A stretch of DNA of 64,000 bases from Flaccisagitta enflata. Taxonomy: Eukaryota. Where the stretch lies: the NCBI GenBank assembly GCA_965153355.1, contig OZ231126.1:14322001-14386000 (forward strand). The letters run 5' to 3'. Positions 38,687 through 52,466 of this stretch are shown one piece after another. The notes beneath the pieces were generated by a model that searched no databases, was not told the DNA's origin, and saw only the letters and a program-made list of their open reading frames with translations. Made by a program: the position numbers and the translations under genes. Each line of letters begins with the position of its first letter. Within the stretch, counting starts at the first letter, position 1.

Positions 38687-38769
38687 AGGAGTGTGAGGTA
38701 AGGTCACTCAAGTTATACGATTACAGAGAGAAATAGTTATGAATATAACATTAGGAAAAGTGTCATCAC

Positions 38770-38831
<62 letters not shown>

Positions 38832-39543
38832 TTCCTCTGCATCTCTTTCCAATCTCGTAGTTGGAAATCGAAAATGGAATATTCAGATTTGATTCGTAAG
38901 ATGGAAGAGATAACCGTGAGATATATCCCCATGAGTATAAGTAGACCATTCCCAAGGGTTCAACATAGGCTTTCTTGCGCGTAACGACCTGTCTGGTAGA
39001 TGTGTGTGTCTGTTTACGTGACAGAAAGAAAGAAAGAAAGACAAATATGCGGACATGAAGACTATTAGACATGCAGACAGAAAGACAGACAAAAAAACTG
39101 ATAGACAGTGTGTTCATGAAGAGCAATTGAAATAGTGAACTATAGATTGTATTTCCGACGAACCAACCGACCAACAGATGTTTTAGATGTGCTTTGCCAT
39201 TGGCGAAAAAAACTCTGAAAGCTGGCGAGCCTAGAGTGAACGAGGTCTTCTAGTTCTGGAAGGATTGGGACCAGTTGAAGCCAAGTGAGGGTCTATCTAA
39301 GAATGATTCAACCATCGACCATTTCTAGAATTCCTTCTTCTTTTCTTTCTTTTTTACGTAAATTGAGTTAAGAGAAGCGTAGGAAATCCAATTGAACTCT
39401 GGGGATTCATCATCACTTTTGCTTTCCCTTTCATTTGCACGTACGCAATTCTACAACCCAGTCGGAAGTTCGGTCCGTCCGTGTACTTAGTCACAGATGA
39501 TACTTTTCGGCGATTACCGACATTTGCATCGCCGTGCAATGTA

Positions 39544-39711
39544 CAGTTGAACCCCGCTCTAACGGATTTCAAGGGACCAACAATTTTTTTTTCTGTTATA
39601 GGCAAACTTCTGATATTGAATAAAAGCAATCAACTTTAAGGGACTATGAATTTGAATCTGTTACAGGCGGAATTCCGTTGGTGGCGGGTCCGTTAGAGCG
39701 GGGTTCAACTG
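39544..39711. mobile_element. Tc1/mariner (pogo/Tigger-like) MITE
   Basis: Perfect inverted termini CAGTTGAACCCCGCTCTAACGG; TA on the left flank. Confidence 0.82.
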
Positions 39712-40814
39712 AGGATAAATCCTGCCCGATGCTAACCATCTCTGATCTCTCACGTCACTATTCCTGCCCACCTGAACACCCCAAATCTCCCGCTATATCC
39801 GGCCTTGTATGAAGTAGTTTGTGTTCGCGTGATAGACGATGTTTTCCTTGCAAATTTATCTCGGTCAAGGCCGTTTTGCTTCGTACAAAAACGACGAAAC
39901 GAATTGCAGGAAACGAGGAATATTACTTGTTTGACATTGACATTATTGACAAGAAGGATGTGCATACATGAGGTAACTCATTTTGTCACGAACACGCGAT
40001 TCTACAAGTCGGTACATGTTCGTCGGTCTGTCGGAGATTCGGAGTTCGGTATCGCGTCGCGTCAATTCAATTCTCAGACGCGAAGTGGAATCGGACAGAG
40101 AGACGGAGTGGAATAAAGAAAAACAGAGAGAATGATTGACAGACAGACAGTGAGGAAGAGAGTAAGAAAGAAAAACGGAGGGATGGTGAAAGACAGATAC
40201 ACAGGGAGATTTACTATTAGACAGAGGGACGGGATAAGACAGACACACAAGAAGATTGACAGACAGGCATAAATAAGGACAGACCATGAGAAATCTCGCA
40301 AGATGGAAGAAGGCGTTTTAAAAGGTTCACTTAGCGAAAGAAAATATCCTTTACCCTCTTTCGAATGAGAGAGCCGCGTAAGACGTCGTGTTGTTGAATA
40401 TCCGCTTAGATCTTTTTTTTTATCCCCTTAATTCCTTTTTTTTCAAGTGTCTTGAAGGAAACTTTGAAAATCTCTACGCGGGGATTATTGGTTCGTTGAT
40501 CAGTGAAAACTGTAGGGAAGCGGTTGTAACAGGAACACGACCCAAATGCGCATCTTAGCATTTGAATCTAGAAAGATAAATGGATAGCATGAATGTAAAA
40601 ATACCATAAGTATTACTCTTTACAGTTAACAAATAGATATTATCCTATTAAACATGAGCGTCTGCCTTTCACTGTGAGTCTCAATATGGTACTGGTAGGT
40701 CGAATAAAAGGACAAAGGGTACAGCTCCGTCCCACCATCTTCACGCATTTTGTTTGTCCACGTCTGCGAGTAAGTTTTTCATCATTGCCGTCATTTTACT
40801 GCAAATATGTTCGG

Positions 40815-41942
40815 TTTTTAGTCGCGTGCTACGCGACTCTACACCCCGCTTTGTCGGTCGGTCGGTTGGTCGGTTGGTTGGTCCCCTCTCTACTTTTTCG
40901 GCGTTTTTTCAAAATGCCATTATAAGTCATTATAAGTCATTTTAAGTCATTCTAAGTCATTCTAAGTCATTTTAGGTCATATTAAGTTATATTAAGTCAC
41001 TTAAGTCAATAAGGTCAATATGGTCGTTAAAGTCATTTTAAGTCATTTTAAGTCATTTCAAGTCACCTTGAGTCATTGAAACTCAATTAAAGTCATCTTA
41101 AGCTATATATGTCCTGCATGCGACTTATAGGTGTTGGCCTTGTTTAGTCGCGTGCTACGCGACTCTATACCCTGCTATGTCGGTCCGTTGTTCGGTTGAT
41201 CAGTTGGTCGGTCCCCTTTTTGGGCAGCGGCCCCGAAGCGGTTGATGACCTATGCTTTCACACATATGGGCAATTTTCTCCTTCTCCTTCTGTACCCCCC
41301 CCCCCCCCGTCTCAAGGCCCAAATCCCAATACCAAGGCCCAAATCCCAGTACCAAGACCCAAACCCCCGTCTTGTGGCTTAAATCCTAGCTTCTCTACTC
41401 TACTCTAAATCCCAGCCTTGAACCCAAATCTCATCCTTGAGGCCCAAATCTCAGCCTCGAGGTCCAAATCTCAGCCAAGAGGCCCAAACCTCAGCCTCAA
41501 GGTCCAAATCCCAGCCCCAAGGATGAGATTTGGACTTCAAGGCTGGAATTTGGGCCTCCAGGCTAGGGTTTGGGCTTTGAGGCTAGAATTTTGGCCTTGA
41601 GGCTAGGATTTGGGCTACGAGACGGGGGCTTGGGTCTCGGGAATGGGATCTGGGCCTTAGCCGGACGGGCGGAGGAGGAGAAAATTCCCCATATGTGTGA
41701 AAGCATAGGTCATCGACCCCTTTGGGGCCGCTGCCCTGCTCCCCCTTCAACTTCAAGCAGAACCTACTCGGCAGGGCACGGGTACCGCTGACCATCTAAC
41801 GCTTTTGCGACTATTACTTTTTCGGCGTTTTTGAGCTTTTTGAGCATACTGCTCTTGCCCAGATGCCCTAGTGAGCTTCTGCAGCGCTGCTCCTGCCCAC
41901 CTGCACGCGACTTGGGTAGCCATGTATCCGGCCTTGTTTTTT
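40815..41942 (+). mobile_element. Two tandem HINE-A copies; the second carries a nested HINE-B (41217-41812)
   Basis: TTTAGTCGCGTGCTACGCGACT heads at ~40817 and ~41142, AAGTCATTTT repeats, GGCCTTGTTT tails; HINE-B inserted in a T-run. Confidence 0.65.
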
Positions 41943-42042
41943 TCACCGTTGTTTCACATATAAAATCGTTTCATTTCGTTTCTCATTTTTCTCCTTTCCT
42001 AATTTTCTGCTTCTTTGATTTCCTTCTTACCTTTCTCTTCAT

Positions 42043-42160
<118 letters not shown>

Positions 42161-44495
42161 TTGCCGTTTTTGATGTCACTGTTTCAAATTTTTATATCGT
42201 TGTTGTTGTTGTCGATGTCATTGTCGTTGGCGTCGCTGGAGCTTTTGATTGTCTTGTTCTTTATATTGTGTCTCAAAAGGAAAGTAAGTTGTTTTCTTTG
42301 AACTTTCTTTGCTTGCTTCAAAGAAGCAATGATTTTTTTTATCTTTTCTTTTTACTTTTAACTTTTCCTTGGAACAAAAATAAACGAGGAGAGAAAAAAA
42401 AACGAGAGAAAAAAAAACGAGAGAGAAAAAAACGGTAAAATGGAAGAAAAACTGAGGCTACGTGACGTCATCATGGATGGAAACTGAAGCGGAAGGAGTT
42501 AATGTGAGAGTAAAAAGAGAGGAGGGGAAAAGAGGAGGAAGAGGAGGGAGGAGGAAGAGGAAGAAGAAGAAGAAGAGCGACGCGAAGAGATGAAGAGGTG
42601 AAAGAGAAAGAGGCTAGAAAGAGAGAAGATAGAAACAAAGAGAGAAGGAGAGAAAGAAGAGAGGAGGTAAGTCCAAAAACGGATGAGGGCGGAAAGAAAG
42701 GAGGCTTAGAGGAAGTGATGAATGATAAGGATGACGCGGGCAACGCGACACCCGGCAGCGACGATGGCGGTGGCGGTGAGGAAGTGTTGGTGGTAGTGAC
42801 AGAGAGTGTTGGTGGTGGTGAAGGAGGTGACAAAATGGGGACGGCGGTAACGAAGTGGGAGCGGAGGTGGTGCGGGCGATACTGGAGATGGGGGATAAGG
42901 AGGAGACAGCGGAGACGAAAAAACAGGCGACGGTCTACAAATGCCCTTGGTATTCCCAGGATGTAATCTGGGACGGTAACTCCGTATCCCCGGTGAATGA
43001 ATATTTAATTACTAGAGACGACGCAAACAGAATGAAGTAACGACAGCAGATGGCGATGAACTCATTAACGACCGACGGGTAAAAGTAATGAACAACGCCG
43101 GTCGGCAACGCTACGACAAAGCGAGGAAGCGGCGCGCGCCGGCGGAACGGAAAGTTCATCTGTGCGAGGTCGTTGATTCCTCATTTAGTCGCTCGTTGGC
43201 GCGACGTGAATGGCGTGTTTCGCTTTAATATATAGCCACTTACATTCCCTTTTAGTGTACGCCATAGAGGACGCACAACATTAAGTACATGAACAACAAA
43301 TTAAGGCAAGACAGCGATTGGCGAAACCTGGTGGCGGCCCTGGATTTCAGCTGCTTTTGGTAACGCGCAGGCTTATCTCTATTTGAGGCCGTGTCCGTTT
43401 ATATACTGCTGCGGTTGCGTGCTTCGCATAGCAAAAAATTTGATTTTCTTCTTGTCCCGCTAACCCAATATGGAGTGAAAAAAATCATGAAGATGACCGT
43501 TTTCCTTTTCTCAAAATTCCTTCATCTTCCGTTTTTGTTTTAGCCTTAAAGTTTACTCAGATTTCCCAGAATTCAGCAAAATCCTGTGTAGTCTTGTTAC
43601 AAAAAGAACAATTGTTAGTTTTTGAAAACCATGATTTTTGTGAAAATAAATCAAAATATCAGAGCATAAGTTAAGTAAGAGCTTGTGAAAAAGCAGGTTA
43701 ACACTTCTCTAAAGAGCAGAAGTTTACAAAAGTTAATTCAGAGAAGATCAGCATACTTTTTTATCCCACTGCAATATACAAATTAGGCTCTCAAAAACAA
43801 TTTTCTAAAAAACGGAAGATGAACAATTTTTGATAAAACAAAAATGGTAAGGGTCCTAAAATTGCCCACTCCGCATTAGGTAAAGAGGATGAAAAGAAAT
43901 AAGCAACTTTTGCTATGTGAAGCACCCAACTGCTGCGGTCTGCGGCGGTGTGTCTGCACCTGTCTGAAAGTTTTACGATTATCCAAGAGTAAGGTCTCGA
44001 TAATGCTTGAGCATTACTATCATCTACCCAACCCCGAGGAGCTGACAACGACCGTGAATGCACCATGTTTTTTCACTTTGACTTTTCGCGTTATGCAAAG
44101 AAAGAGGGAACAAGGCCGGATACACGGCAACCTAAGTCGCGTGCCAGTGGGCAGGGATAACAGAGGTAAAACAAGTAGAAAAATCCTTATGACCTACGGA
44201 CGGGCAGATAGATCAAAAAGTGGTTTGGAGACGCGTAGAACACGACCAAAAAAAGTCGATTGCAAGAAAGGTCTAAGATTACGCCATTCATTGTAAGCAA
44301 ATCTTATGACACACACATATAGACTGGAGCAAACATTTCCAAACTTGTTTAAATATACCAAATGGAACTTTTTTCCTGTGCACAATTAAAGACCACGAAA
44401 AGTTATATCGAGAATAAACAAGCTGGTGTCAAGTTTCTATCAAGCCGTCCTCAATATTCTTCAGGTTTTCTGAATGAACCTCGAAGTCTTAAAAC

Positions 44496-44619
44496 TAGGG
44501 ATGTGGAAGCGGTCAATTTTCATGCCGCTTCCACCGCTTCCGCTTCCATTTTGCAGTTCAAATACTAATAGCTATCTCATCCTCCTAATTGGAAGCGGTC
44601 AAACGCTTCCACATCCCTA
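44496..44619. mobile_element. 124-bp hAT-type MITE
   Basis: TIR TAGGGATGTGGAAGCG, 8-bp TSD CTTAAAAC, internal GCTTCC repeats. Confidence 0.88.
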
Positions 44620-45358
44620 CTTAAAACCTTCGAAGACGGTTCAATCCACATTAAGCAAGGGAAGGCCGAAGGTGTAGACTGTAGACACAGGAATCATGGA
44701 ACGCTGATCCAGGTAACATTTAACTCGAGCGACCTTGGCATGCTCATTGGGCATGACGTTAAGTCTGAAGAGCCTAAGCTAAACCGTTTGCCTTTTTCAA
44801 ATTCGGAGGAAATTGTTTCTACAAAAAACTTTAGACTGTTGTGAAAAAACAAAACTGCATTTTGCATGAAATCAACCCAAATCACGAAAACAAACTCTTA
44901 TATGAATCAACGCGGGCGAAATAAAAACCGAGTCACAATGTTTTGAATCTCTTGACAACAGAAATGTGACAAAAAAACAATGCCATTGTCAATGGCACGA
45001 TGCGTATCTTCTGGAAATGTTAAAGAATACAAGGTTAATCAATGAGCCATGAAATAAAGGTAAACAAAAGACAACAAGGCGATAGGCACTATTAAAATCT
45101 AATGTAGAAAAAACTACTTACATTATGAGAAAAATAACAGTCAGTTGTCTGAATGACAGCCGATGATCATATGACGGGTCATGCACAATTTGCATATGAG
45201 CGCAAATCCAAAACAAAACAAAAATGGCGCGTTTAAATGGTAAAGTTTAGACACAAACACAAAATTGTCGCAAAATCGTGGAGACTGACCATAATGAAGA
45301 TAACTTAACGAGAATGGATGTACAAAATCTAATTAAGGTTCTATGGGATCGGAACGAG

Positions 45359-45750
45359 CTACACGTAATGAACAAACAATGTAGTTCCCATCAACTCTTT
45401 ACGATGCAAGTTTTGAGCGTTGACGCAGCACTCCGTTTTTTCGTAAGACGCCAAACAAGCGGACGCGGGATTGGAAAACTCAAGCGGCCGGCGAAGCTTC
45501 CCGGATTCATCGATTTCCAATTTGAGCTCTTCAAGTGAGTGATCTTCTTTGATGGATTCAGTTCCCCAAATGCAGATTTGGTTGCTGGACGAGGGCGTCT
45601 CAGGTGCGACGTTGGCAGACATGTTGGGGATGCTTAACACAATTCGTTGATCCTGTAACGCGTCCAGGAAATCCCGAGCGAACTTCTTTGATTTTAGTCT
45701 CAGGATCCCCATTTTTGCATTAAGGAAGATCACGTGATCCCGCATTCCTT
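45359..45750 (-). CDS. Host gene coding exon 5 (last): RRM-like region, ends in TAG
   Basis: Acceptor ccatttccccaacag; phase 1 gives EGMRDHVIFL...KELMGTTLFVHYV*. Confidence 0.72.
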
Positions 45751-45835
45751 CTGTTGGGGAAATGGAATAATGACTTTATTGTACACAAATTCCACATTGC
45801 CGTTGTCTTTATCGTCCTCATCCTCAGCGAACTTT

Positions 45836-45925
<90 letters not shown>

Positions 45926-46060
45926 GGTGGTTAAAGTTTTCGTTTTTGAATAACTCTTTGTCTGTCTGTCTGTCTCTGTCTGTGTCTGTGTCTGTCTGTG
46001 TCTGTCTGTGTCTGTCTGTTTCTGTCTGTCTCTGTCTATCTCTGTCTATCTGTCTGTCTA

Positions 46061-46152
<92 letters not shown>

Positions 46153-46478
46153 ATGAATAAAATCATATAAAAGGAAACAGGAACGATTAAAACTGACCAA
46201 GGCTTCTTTGATGACATTTTTAAAGAATGAACGTAGTTCAGTAATGAATGAATGATTGATTGATTGAATCATTAAATGAAAGAATGAGTGAGAAAATTAG
46301 TTGGTGCAGGTTTTTAGATGAAACAGCCTCGGATTTTGCAATTCAAACGTTTACATGACGGTCCAACCGACCGACCAACCAACGGACAGGCATGACCACT
46401 TACAGAGATGCGAGGAATGCGAGGACGCATCTATACAAATGTATTTTGTCTGCAAAACAAAAATAATATCTGAATCAC

Positions 46479-46811
46479 CTTCGAGGATCTCTTTAAGCCG
46501 TTTGTTGTCCATCAATTTTTGAAGATCTCTCGTAGTGATTGACTTCAAGACGACGATTTTCTCGCAGCCAAAATTCTTCGCATCCACGTCATTGTCATCG
46601 CCGTCATCCAGTTTGACGAGATGTTTGACTTCGGGTTTAACATCAGTCGAGCGTCCCGTCGCCTCGGGTCGCCCGCTCCTTCGTCGCGGCAACGTGACCG
46701 ATTCGTGGTGTTTTCGATGATTTGAAGATTTCTTCGGATACCCGTTGGCTTCGACTTTGACGCAAGCCGTTGACGAGGCTGGCGTGAATTCCTGGCGCGA
46801 TGCTGCAGATG
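46479..46811 (-). CDS. Host gene coding exon 4
   Basis: Pyrimidine tract plus ctgcag acceptor (in-frame alternative 9 nt downstream), donor AG/GTGAT; open in phase 1 (ASAASRQEF...KRLKEILE). Confidence 0.72.
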
Positions 46812-46955
46812 CTGCAGATGCGAGGATGGCCGAAAGAAAGAGAATTATTACTGAAGCATTGCAAGTATTTGCAACAGAAGTGGAAAAAGAAGAATGAAGG
46901 GCAAATAAAGAGAAACCTAGGAGGAGGTAAACAAGATAAAAAAAGAAAGATGAAT

Positions 46956-47512
46956 AGTCGCAAAAGCGTTAGATGGTCAGCGATACCCGTTGCCCCTGTG
47001 TGACTATATGCGGGTGTGTGATAGTGAGAGGGGCAGCGGCCCCGAAGGGGCCGATGACCTATGCTTAGTAATTTAGACGCTCTAGGCTTGAATTTGAGCA
47101 TCAACACTGTGATTTGAGCCTTGAGGCTGTGATTTTGGTCCAGACTGGGATCTGAGCCTTGAAGGCTGGGATTAGAGGCTTAAGGCTGGGATTTGAGTCT
47201 TGAGGCTGGGATTTGAGTCTTGAGGCTGGGATTTGAACCTCACGGCTGGGATTTGAGCCTCGAGGCTGAGATTTGAGCCTTGAGGTTGGGATTTGAGCCT
47301 CAAGGCTAAGATTTAGGCCTAGAGGCTAAGATTTGGGCCTCGAGATGAGGATTTGGGCCTCAAAGCTGGGATTTGAGCCTCAGGGCCAGGATATGAGATT
47401 CGAAGGGGGTGGACGGAGAAGGAGGAGGAGGAGAAGAAGAAGGAAAAGGAGCAGAATTTTCTCCTGTGTGAAAGCACAGGTCATCGGCCCCTTCGGGGCC
47501 GCTGCCCAAAAA
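46956..47512 (-). mobile_element. HINE-like family B copy in the host-gene intron
   Basis: GGGCAGCGGCCCCGAAGGGGCCGATGACCT inverted repeats; 20-nt GATTTGAGCCTCGAGGCTGG minisatellite. Confidence 0.68.
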
Positions 47513-48567
47513 GGAGAAGATGAAGAAGAAGAAGAGGAAGAAGAAGAAAAAGAAAAAAAAAAGAAAAAGAAAAAGACATGAAGAAAAAGAAAAAGAAGAG
47601 CAAGAAAAAGAAGAAGAAGAGCAAGAAAAAGAAGAGCAAGAAAAAGAAGGAGAAGAGCAAGAAAAAGAAAAAGAAAAAGGTAAGGAAAAAGAAGAGGAAG
47701 AAGAAGAAAAAGAAAAAGAAACCTAGGAAGAGGTAAATAAGATAAAAAGAAAGTTGAAGAAGAGGAAGAAGAAGAAGAAGAAAAAGAAAAAGAAAAAGAA
47801 AAAGAAAAAGAAAAAGAAAAAGAAAAAGAAAAAAAAGAGCGAGAAGATGAAGAAGAGCAACAAGAAGTAAAAGAACAAGGCCGGATACACGGCCACCAGT
47901 TGCGGACGGGTGGGCAGGGGCGGAAATACGCGTTTCCACACTTTTCGACTCGTGCACACCAACGGACCGACGGACCGACGGACGGACGGACGGACGGACG
48001 GACGGACAAAGAAAGAAAGCATCAAATTGTTGACCATCAAGTTTATGAAACCATTTCTCGAATCATTAATCTTACTAACATTATTTCAATATTCGTACAC
48101 TTTTGCATGAAAACATACTTTCAACTATGGTTACATTGATCGCCAACTCCTTTTTTAAAGAAGAGGAAAAGCTGTCGCTTTAATATCGGTCTCGCTTCGA
48201 TATCGGTCTCGCTTTATTATCCATCGCGTCATACTCCGTCGCGTCATACTCCGTCGGCCAAGTTGCATCGCTTTAATTTCGGTAACCCGACGGACAAAGG
48301 CTCTTATAGAGTTGCGTGTCCGCAACTAAAAAGAAGAATTTAAATAAAGGAAAAGAAAACGAAGAAAAGGAAGAGGAATAAAAAAATAGAAATTAAAAAA
48401 ACAACAGCAACAAAGAAGAAGAAAAGAGAGGGAAGAACATGAAATAAGAACAACATCAACAAATGAAAAACAAAACTCAAACTTCGACAACATCACAAAA
48501 GAAACCGGAAATTCGGTTACAGAAAATTAAGAGAAGAAACGTTAAAAACACCATCAACAACAACACC

Positions 48568-48635
<68 letters not shown>

Positions 48636-48658
48636 CCTTTTATAGCAATTTAGCATAC

Positions 48659-50583
48659 CCGCAACTTCCGACTGAGCCGGTTCCGCCTTTGTAGAAGATT
48701 CTCCGATCTTAAATCTTGCTCCTTCAACCGGTGAACATCTTTGATTTGACGGCGGCGCGTTATTCTCGACCACGGTGGGCTTCATATCAATTACGGACTC
48801 GGATTTCTTTGGAATTCTGTAGTTCTTAAGTTGGGTCATGGAGGGCGGATAAAGAAACGGTGTGGTTTTATGATTGAGGAGAGGTACTTTAAGAGTGGAA
48901 GTTGCGGTGAGATTCTGTGAGGTCGATGAAGAAGACACGCCGACAGAGTGGCAAGTTGCGGCGGAAGTTGATCTCTTTACGGAGGAAGCTGATGAAGAGG
49001 ATTTAACTGCGGATCGCAATGCAGATGCGCTGATATTTCCGCTTGATTCCGGCTGAGTGGACGGCGACGCGTCATTCTCGACCGCGACCGGTTTGTCATC
49101 GATGATTACCGATTCAGATTTTTTCGGAATCCTGAAATTCTCCAATTTGCTCGTAGGGGGCGGATGATCAACGAGGGGATACGAAGAGGATCCGGAAACT
49201 TGATAAGCGGATGCCGCAGTGAGATTCTGCGCAGACAAAGAAGAAGATGCGCTGACAGCTCGGCAAGCGGACGTCGAAGATCGTGACGAAGATGCGCTGT
49301 TGCTCCCGCGTGACGCCGCCGAAGTCGATGATCGAATGGAGGAAACTGATGCTGACTGCTTAACTGATGATCGATGAGTATCGCCAGGATGGCGAAATTT
49401 GGATTCTAAGGCTTGGGTCGCCGAATACGTGGGATTCAAACCAGTTCTTGGATGACCGGAAGCGGCGTGAGATGCCGTCGCAGTCGGACGATTCTGCTTA
49501 GACGTTGAGGCGCCAACAGTCCCGTTGATTCTTCCTCTAACCACCGACGCATATGATTGAACAGAGGTACTCGATGTAAAAGGCTGGATGGAAGAAGACG
49601 CCCCGGTTTGACCGATATTCCGACCATCTCCTTGGCGAGCGGATGCAGTCTGTGATGAGGAATTGGAGGTCGCAGTCGCTGTCGGCTGAGTTTGAAGCGC
49701 TTCTGGCGATGCGTCGGAACTTCCCTCCGCATCTCTTGATCGGCCGTTTGGCACTGAAGACTTTGTTCCTTGTTCGCCTCTCGTTGATTTGTTGGCATTA
49801 GATCGACTTCCTTTGCCGTGTCCGCGTCCTCTTGAATGACTTGCATGATCGCCACGCGCTTGACTGGAACTGTCAGGCTCTCTCGAGTAAGGATGGTGTC
49901 TGTCATTCGGTCTGTCGCATCGACCACCAAATCCACCACCAACGCCGCTACCCCGTCCCCTGCGAGAGCAATGTCCGCTAGTTCCACCTCTTCCTTCCCC
50001 TCCTCTTCCTCCACCTCTTTCTGATCCTCTTCCCCCTCCTCTTCCTCCATTGCTTGGGCCCTCTCCTCCATCGTGGGGTCGTGAGGGGGAAGATGAATCA
50101 TTGGATGAACGCCCGTGTTTCTCTACGAAATGCCTCACACCTTCGGCCCGTGTTTCGTAGAGATTTTCTTCGCAATTCGGAGACTGACAAAGGTACACAC
50201 GCTTGATGTGAAGTTTTTCGACATGATGATGGTACTCGCTGACTATTACCTTTTCATCGCAGAGGCCACAGATGAAGTTATTCGCGGTTTTTTGGCGGAG
50301 ATAGTGGGCGTGCACATATCTGCGAAAGTTTCCCCGATCCGCTGGATCTGGTACAAAGTCAGGTACCGTGGCGTTGTGAGCCAATGACGGTGATGAGCCG
50401 GAAAATGTGGGCGATTGCGGGGATGATAAAGAAAGCGATGCCAAGGGTGAAGTGGGAGAAGTGGCCCCGGCTGGAGATGATGGCGCCGGGCGAGGGCAAG
50501 GCGAACATTTTTCGATGTCCAGAAATTGAATAAAATGATTCAAATTGGCACCGATTCTTTTTGCACAGTCACCAGGACTTTTT
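48659..50583 (-). CDS. Host gene coding exon 3: two C2H2-like fingers, RGG region, Ser-rich region with duplicated [FY]RIPKKSESVI motif
   Basis: 1.9-kb open frame; acceptor ttctttttcccag, donor GG/GTATGC; CGLC-x11-H-x4-H and CQSPNC-x14-H-x4-H patterns. Confidence 0.82.
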
Positions 50584-50918
50584 CTGGGAAAAAGAATTAA
50601 GAAATTACATAAGTACTATGCTTCAGTAAAATTGTTGTCGAAAAAAGCCGAACAATCCTCTTGCAACATTCTTTTATGAACCTCACATTCATTCTTTCAT
50701 TGACATCCGGACGTTCATCCATTAAGAAAGCTTCGTTGGGGCCTTTCCTCTTGGCTATGTTCTAATTTCTAACTTTTACATGGAAAACTAGGAGTGGTGC
50801 GCGTATTAACTAGTCAGTGAGGGTTCACAAGGCCTTCTTCCATTTATTTCAGTTTGGGTATAGTGAGGGATATTGTTCCACTTTGAATGCACTGAAGGCT
50901 TTATGAGCAAGAATGGCT

Positions 50919-51314
50919 CAGTACCTTAATAGGCACTTTAAAGACCAAAGTGAAGAAACCAAAAACGCCAAACCTAATCTTTGGACAGACTACGTATCAC
51001 CACTACTTCATGGTCACCGACAAAAACTGTTTGTCGGGGATAAAAATCCTCCAAAATTATGATGTGTACTTTCCATACAAACCATTTTCCTTCAATTCCA
51101 ACCTTTTTTTTTCAGATTTTCACTATATTGGCCATCTCAGCTTCCAGAGCTAGAGTCCGGGCGATTTCAAAGTGGGCACCTACTTCCGGTCAAGGTATAT
51201 CTTATGGCTGGTTAATATCAAACATATGTTGTCCAACTTTCATACAGTCTAAAGATTAGGTTTGGCGTTTTTGGTTTTTCCATTTTCGGCATAAAAGTGC
51301 CCTCTGAGGTACGG
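50919..51314. mobile_element. MITE in host-gene intron 2
   Basis: ~70-bp imperfect inverted repeats including AAACCAAAAACGCCAAACCTAATCTTT and its reverse complement. Confidence 0.7.
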
Positions 51315-51380
51315 AGAAGGGTCGGACCACAGTGTTATGTCAATTACAAGACCCACAAGAATGAAACGACTGACATGTAC

Positions 51381-51483
51381 CTGCAAGATTTACACGCGTA
51401 CAATCGCTTTGATCTTTGGCTTGACTTGGGTATCGGTTCCCGAAACCACTGCTGGCAAAACTTGCATGGTATGTTGGAGATTT
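51381..51483 (-). CDS. Host gene coding exon 2: CxxC...CxxC zinc-binding motif
   Basis: Acceptor ttctttctttatcttag, donor CAG/GTAC; EISNIPCKFCQQW...YACKSCR; phases match both neighbours. Confidence 0.68.
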
Positions 51484-51664
51484 CTAAGATAAAGAAAGAA
51501 TGAATTGAAATCAAACCCTTAAAAAACAAAAATTTAAAATGGCACTTTGAAATAACATTCTAATCGACTTGTAAATTGATTTACTCGAACCGAATCCGAG
51601 TTAAGAATTTGAAGCTCCCCTCCCCAGCTCCCCCCCCCCCTACAAAAACGTAACAAGCGATTAC

Positions 51665-51827
51665 CTGGGTTTGGCAGTAAGCTTTCAAAGCATTCATGCT
51701 TTTCCAAAGTTCTGACTCTAGAAATAGAACTTGTGGCTTCAGATAATTTGCCGCATTTCATGCAACACGCGAAGCCCATGCGCAATGTGTCTTCGGCGTC
51801 CCATATCGGAGGCGGCATCCTCGCCAT
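51665..51827 (-). CDS. Host gene coding exon 1 (ATG at 51827)
   Basis: AAAATGG start context; MARMPPPIWD...CMKC...HEC; donor CAG/GTAAT. The five exons total 2916 nt = 971 aa plus stop. Confidence 0.62.
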
Positions 51828-52364
51828 TTTTCGATTGATTGCCGACTTTACAGTTAAGCGCCGTCAAAAGAGTCAAAGCACGAGTCGACAATCAAGCGAT
51901 AATGAGGTGGCCATCAACATCGATACGAGTTGTCAGAGAAAGAGGAAAGGATCGCCAAACCGCTTGGATAAATCCGTTGCCGCACGGTAGAGGGCCGTTC
52001 AACCTAAGGACAACAGGTCAAGTAAATGGAAGAAGTTATTTCAAGCATGGATTGATCAAAGAAATAGGGAAACAGTTGATTGAGAACGCCTGATTCAGTA
52101 GTTGTGATGGTAAACAAGGCCGGATACACGGCGATCCAGTCGCGGACGGTTGGGCAGGAGCAGTTATGCAAAAACCGCTCGCGATTCAGAAATGTTACAG
52201 TACGTTTAGTTCAAAGACGGCTTTTTTGGAGGCTCTCCTCTTAGTCACATCTTTGCACAAACTGTCATAGTCTATACATTTTCTCAAAGCTAACGCTTGT
52301 CTTTGTTGCCTGAAAAAATTTCAGCTCAATCGGAGCATGTTAACGTTGAGAAAAAGAAATTCGA

Positions 52365-52466
52365 GAGTTTCCCCCCGGTTCGAACCCGCGGTGTGACAAA
52401 CAGAATTTTCTTCGCTTTGAAAATTGCAAGTCTAGTGCGTTAACCAATAGACCAAACCGCGAACTC
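52365..52466 (-). pseudogene. tRNA-derived relic (pseudo-tRNA or SINE head)
   Basis: A-box-like TGGTCTATTGG, B-box GGTTCGAACC, GAGTT/AACTC ends pair, but the anticodon and T stems do not. Confidence 0.45.

Noticed and set aside
42471-43159. Ser/Pro-rich and neighbouring ORFs as a second host gene
   Set aside because: Low-complexity purine/pyrimidine bias, with no consistent splice model or domain.
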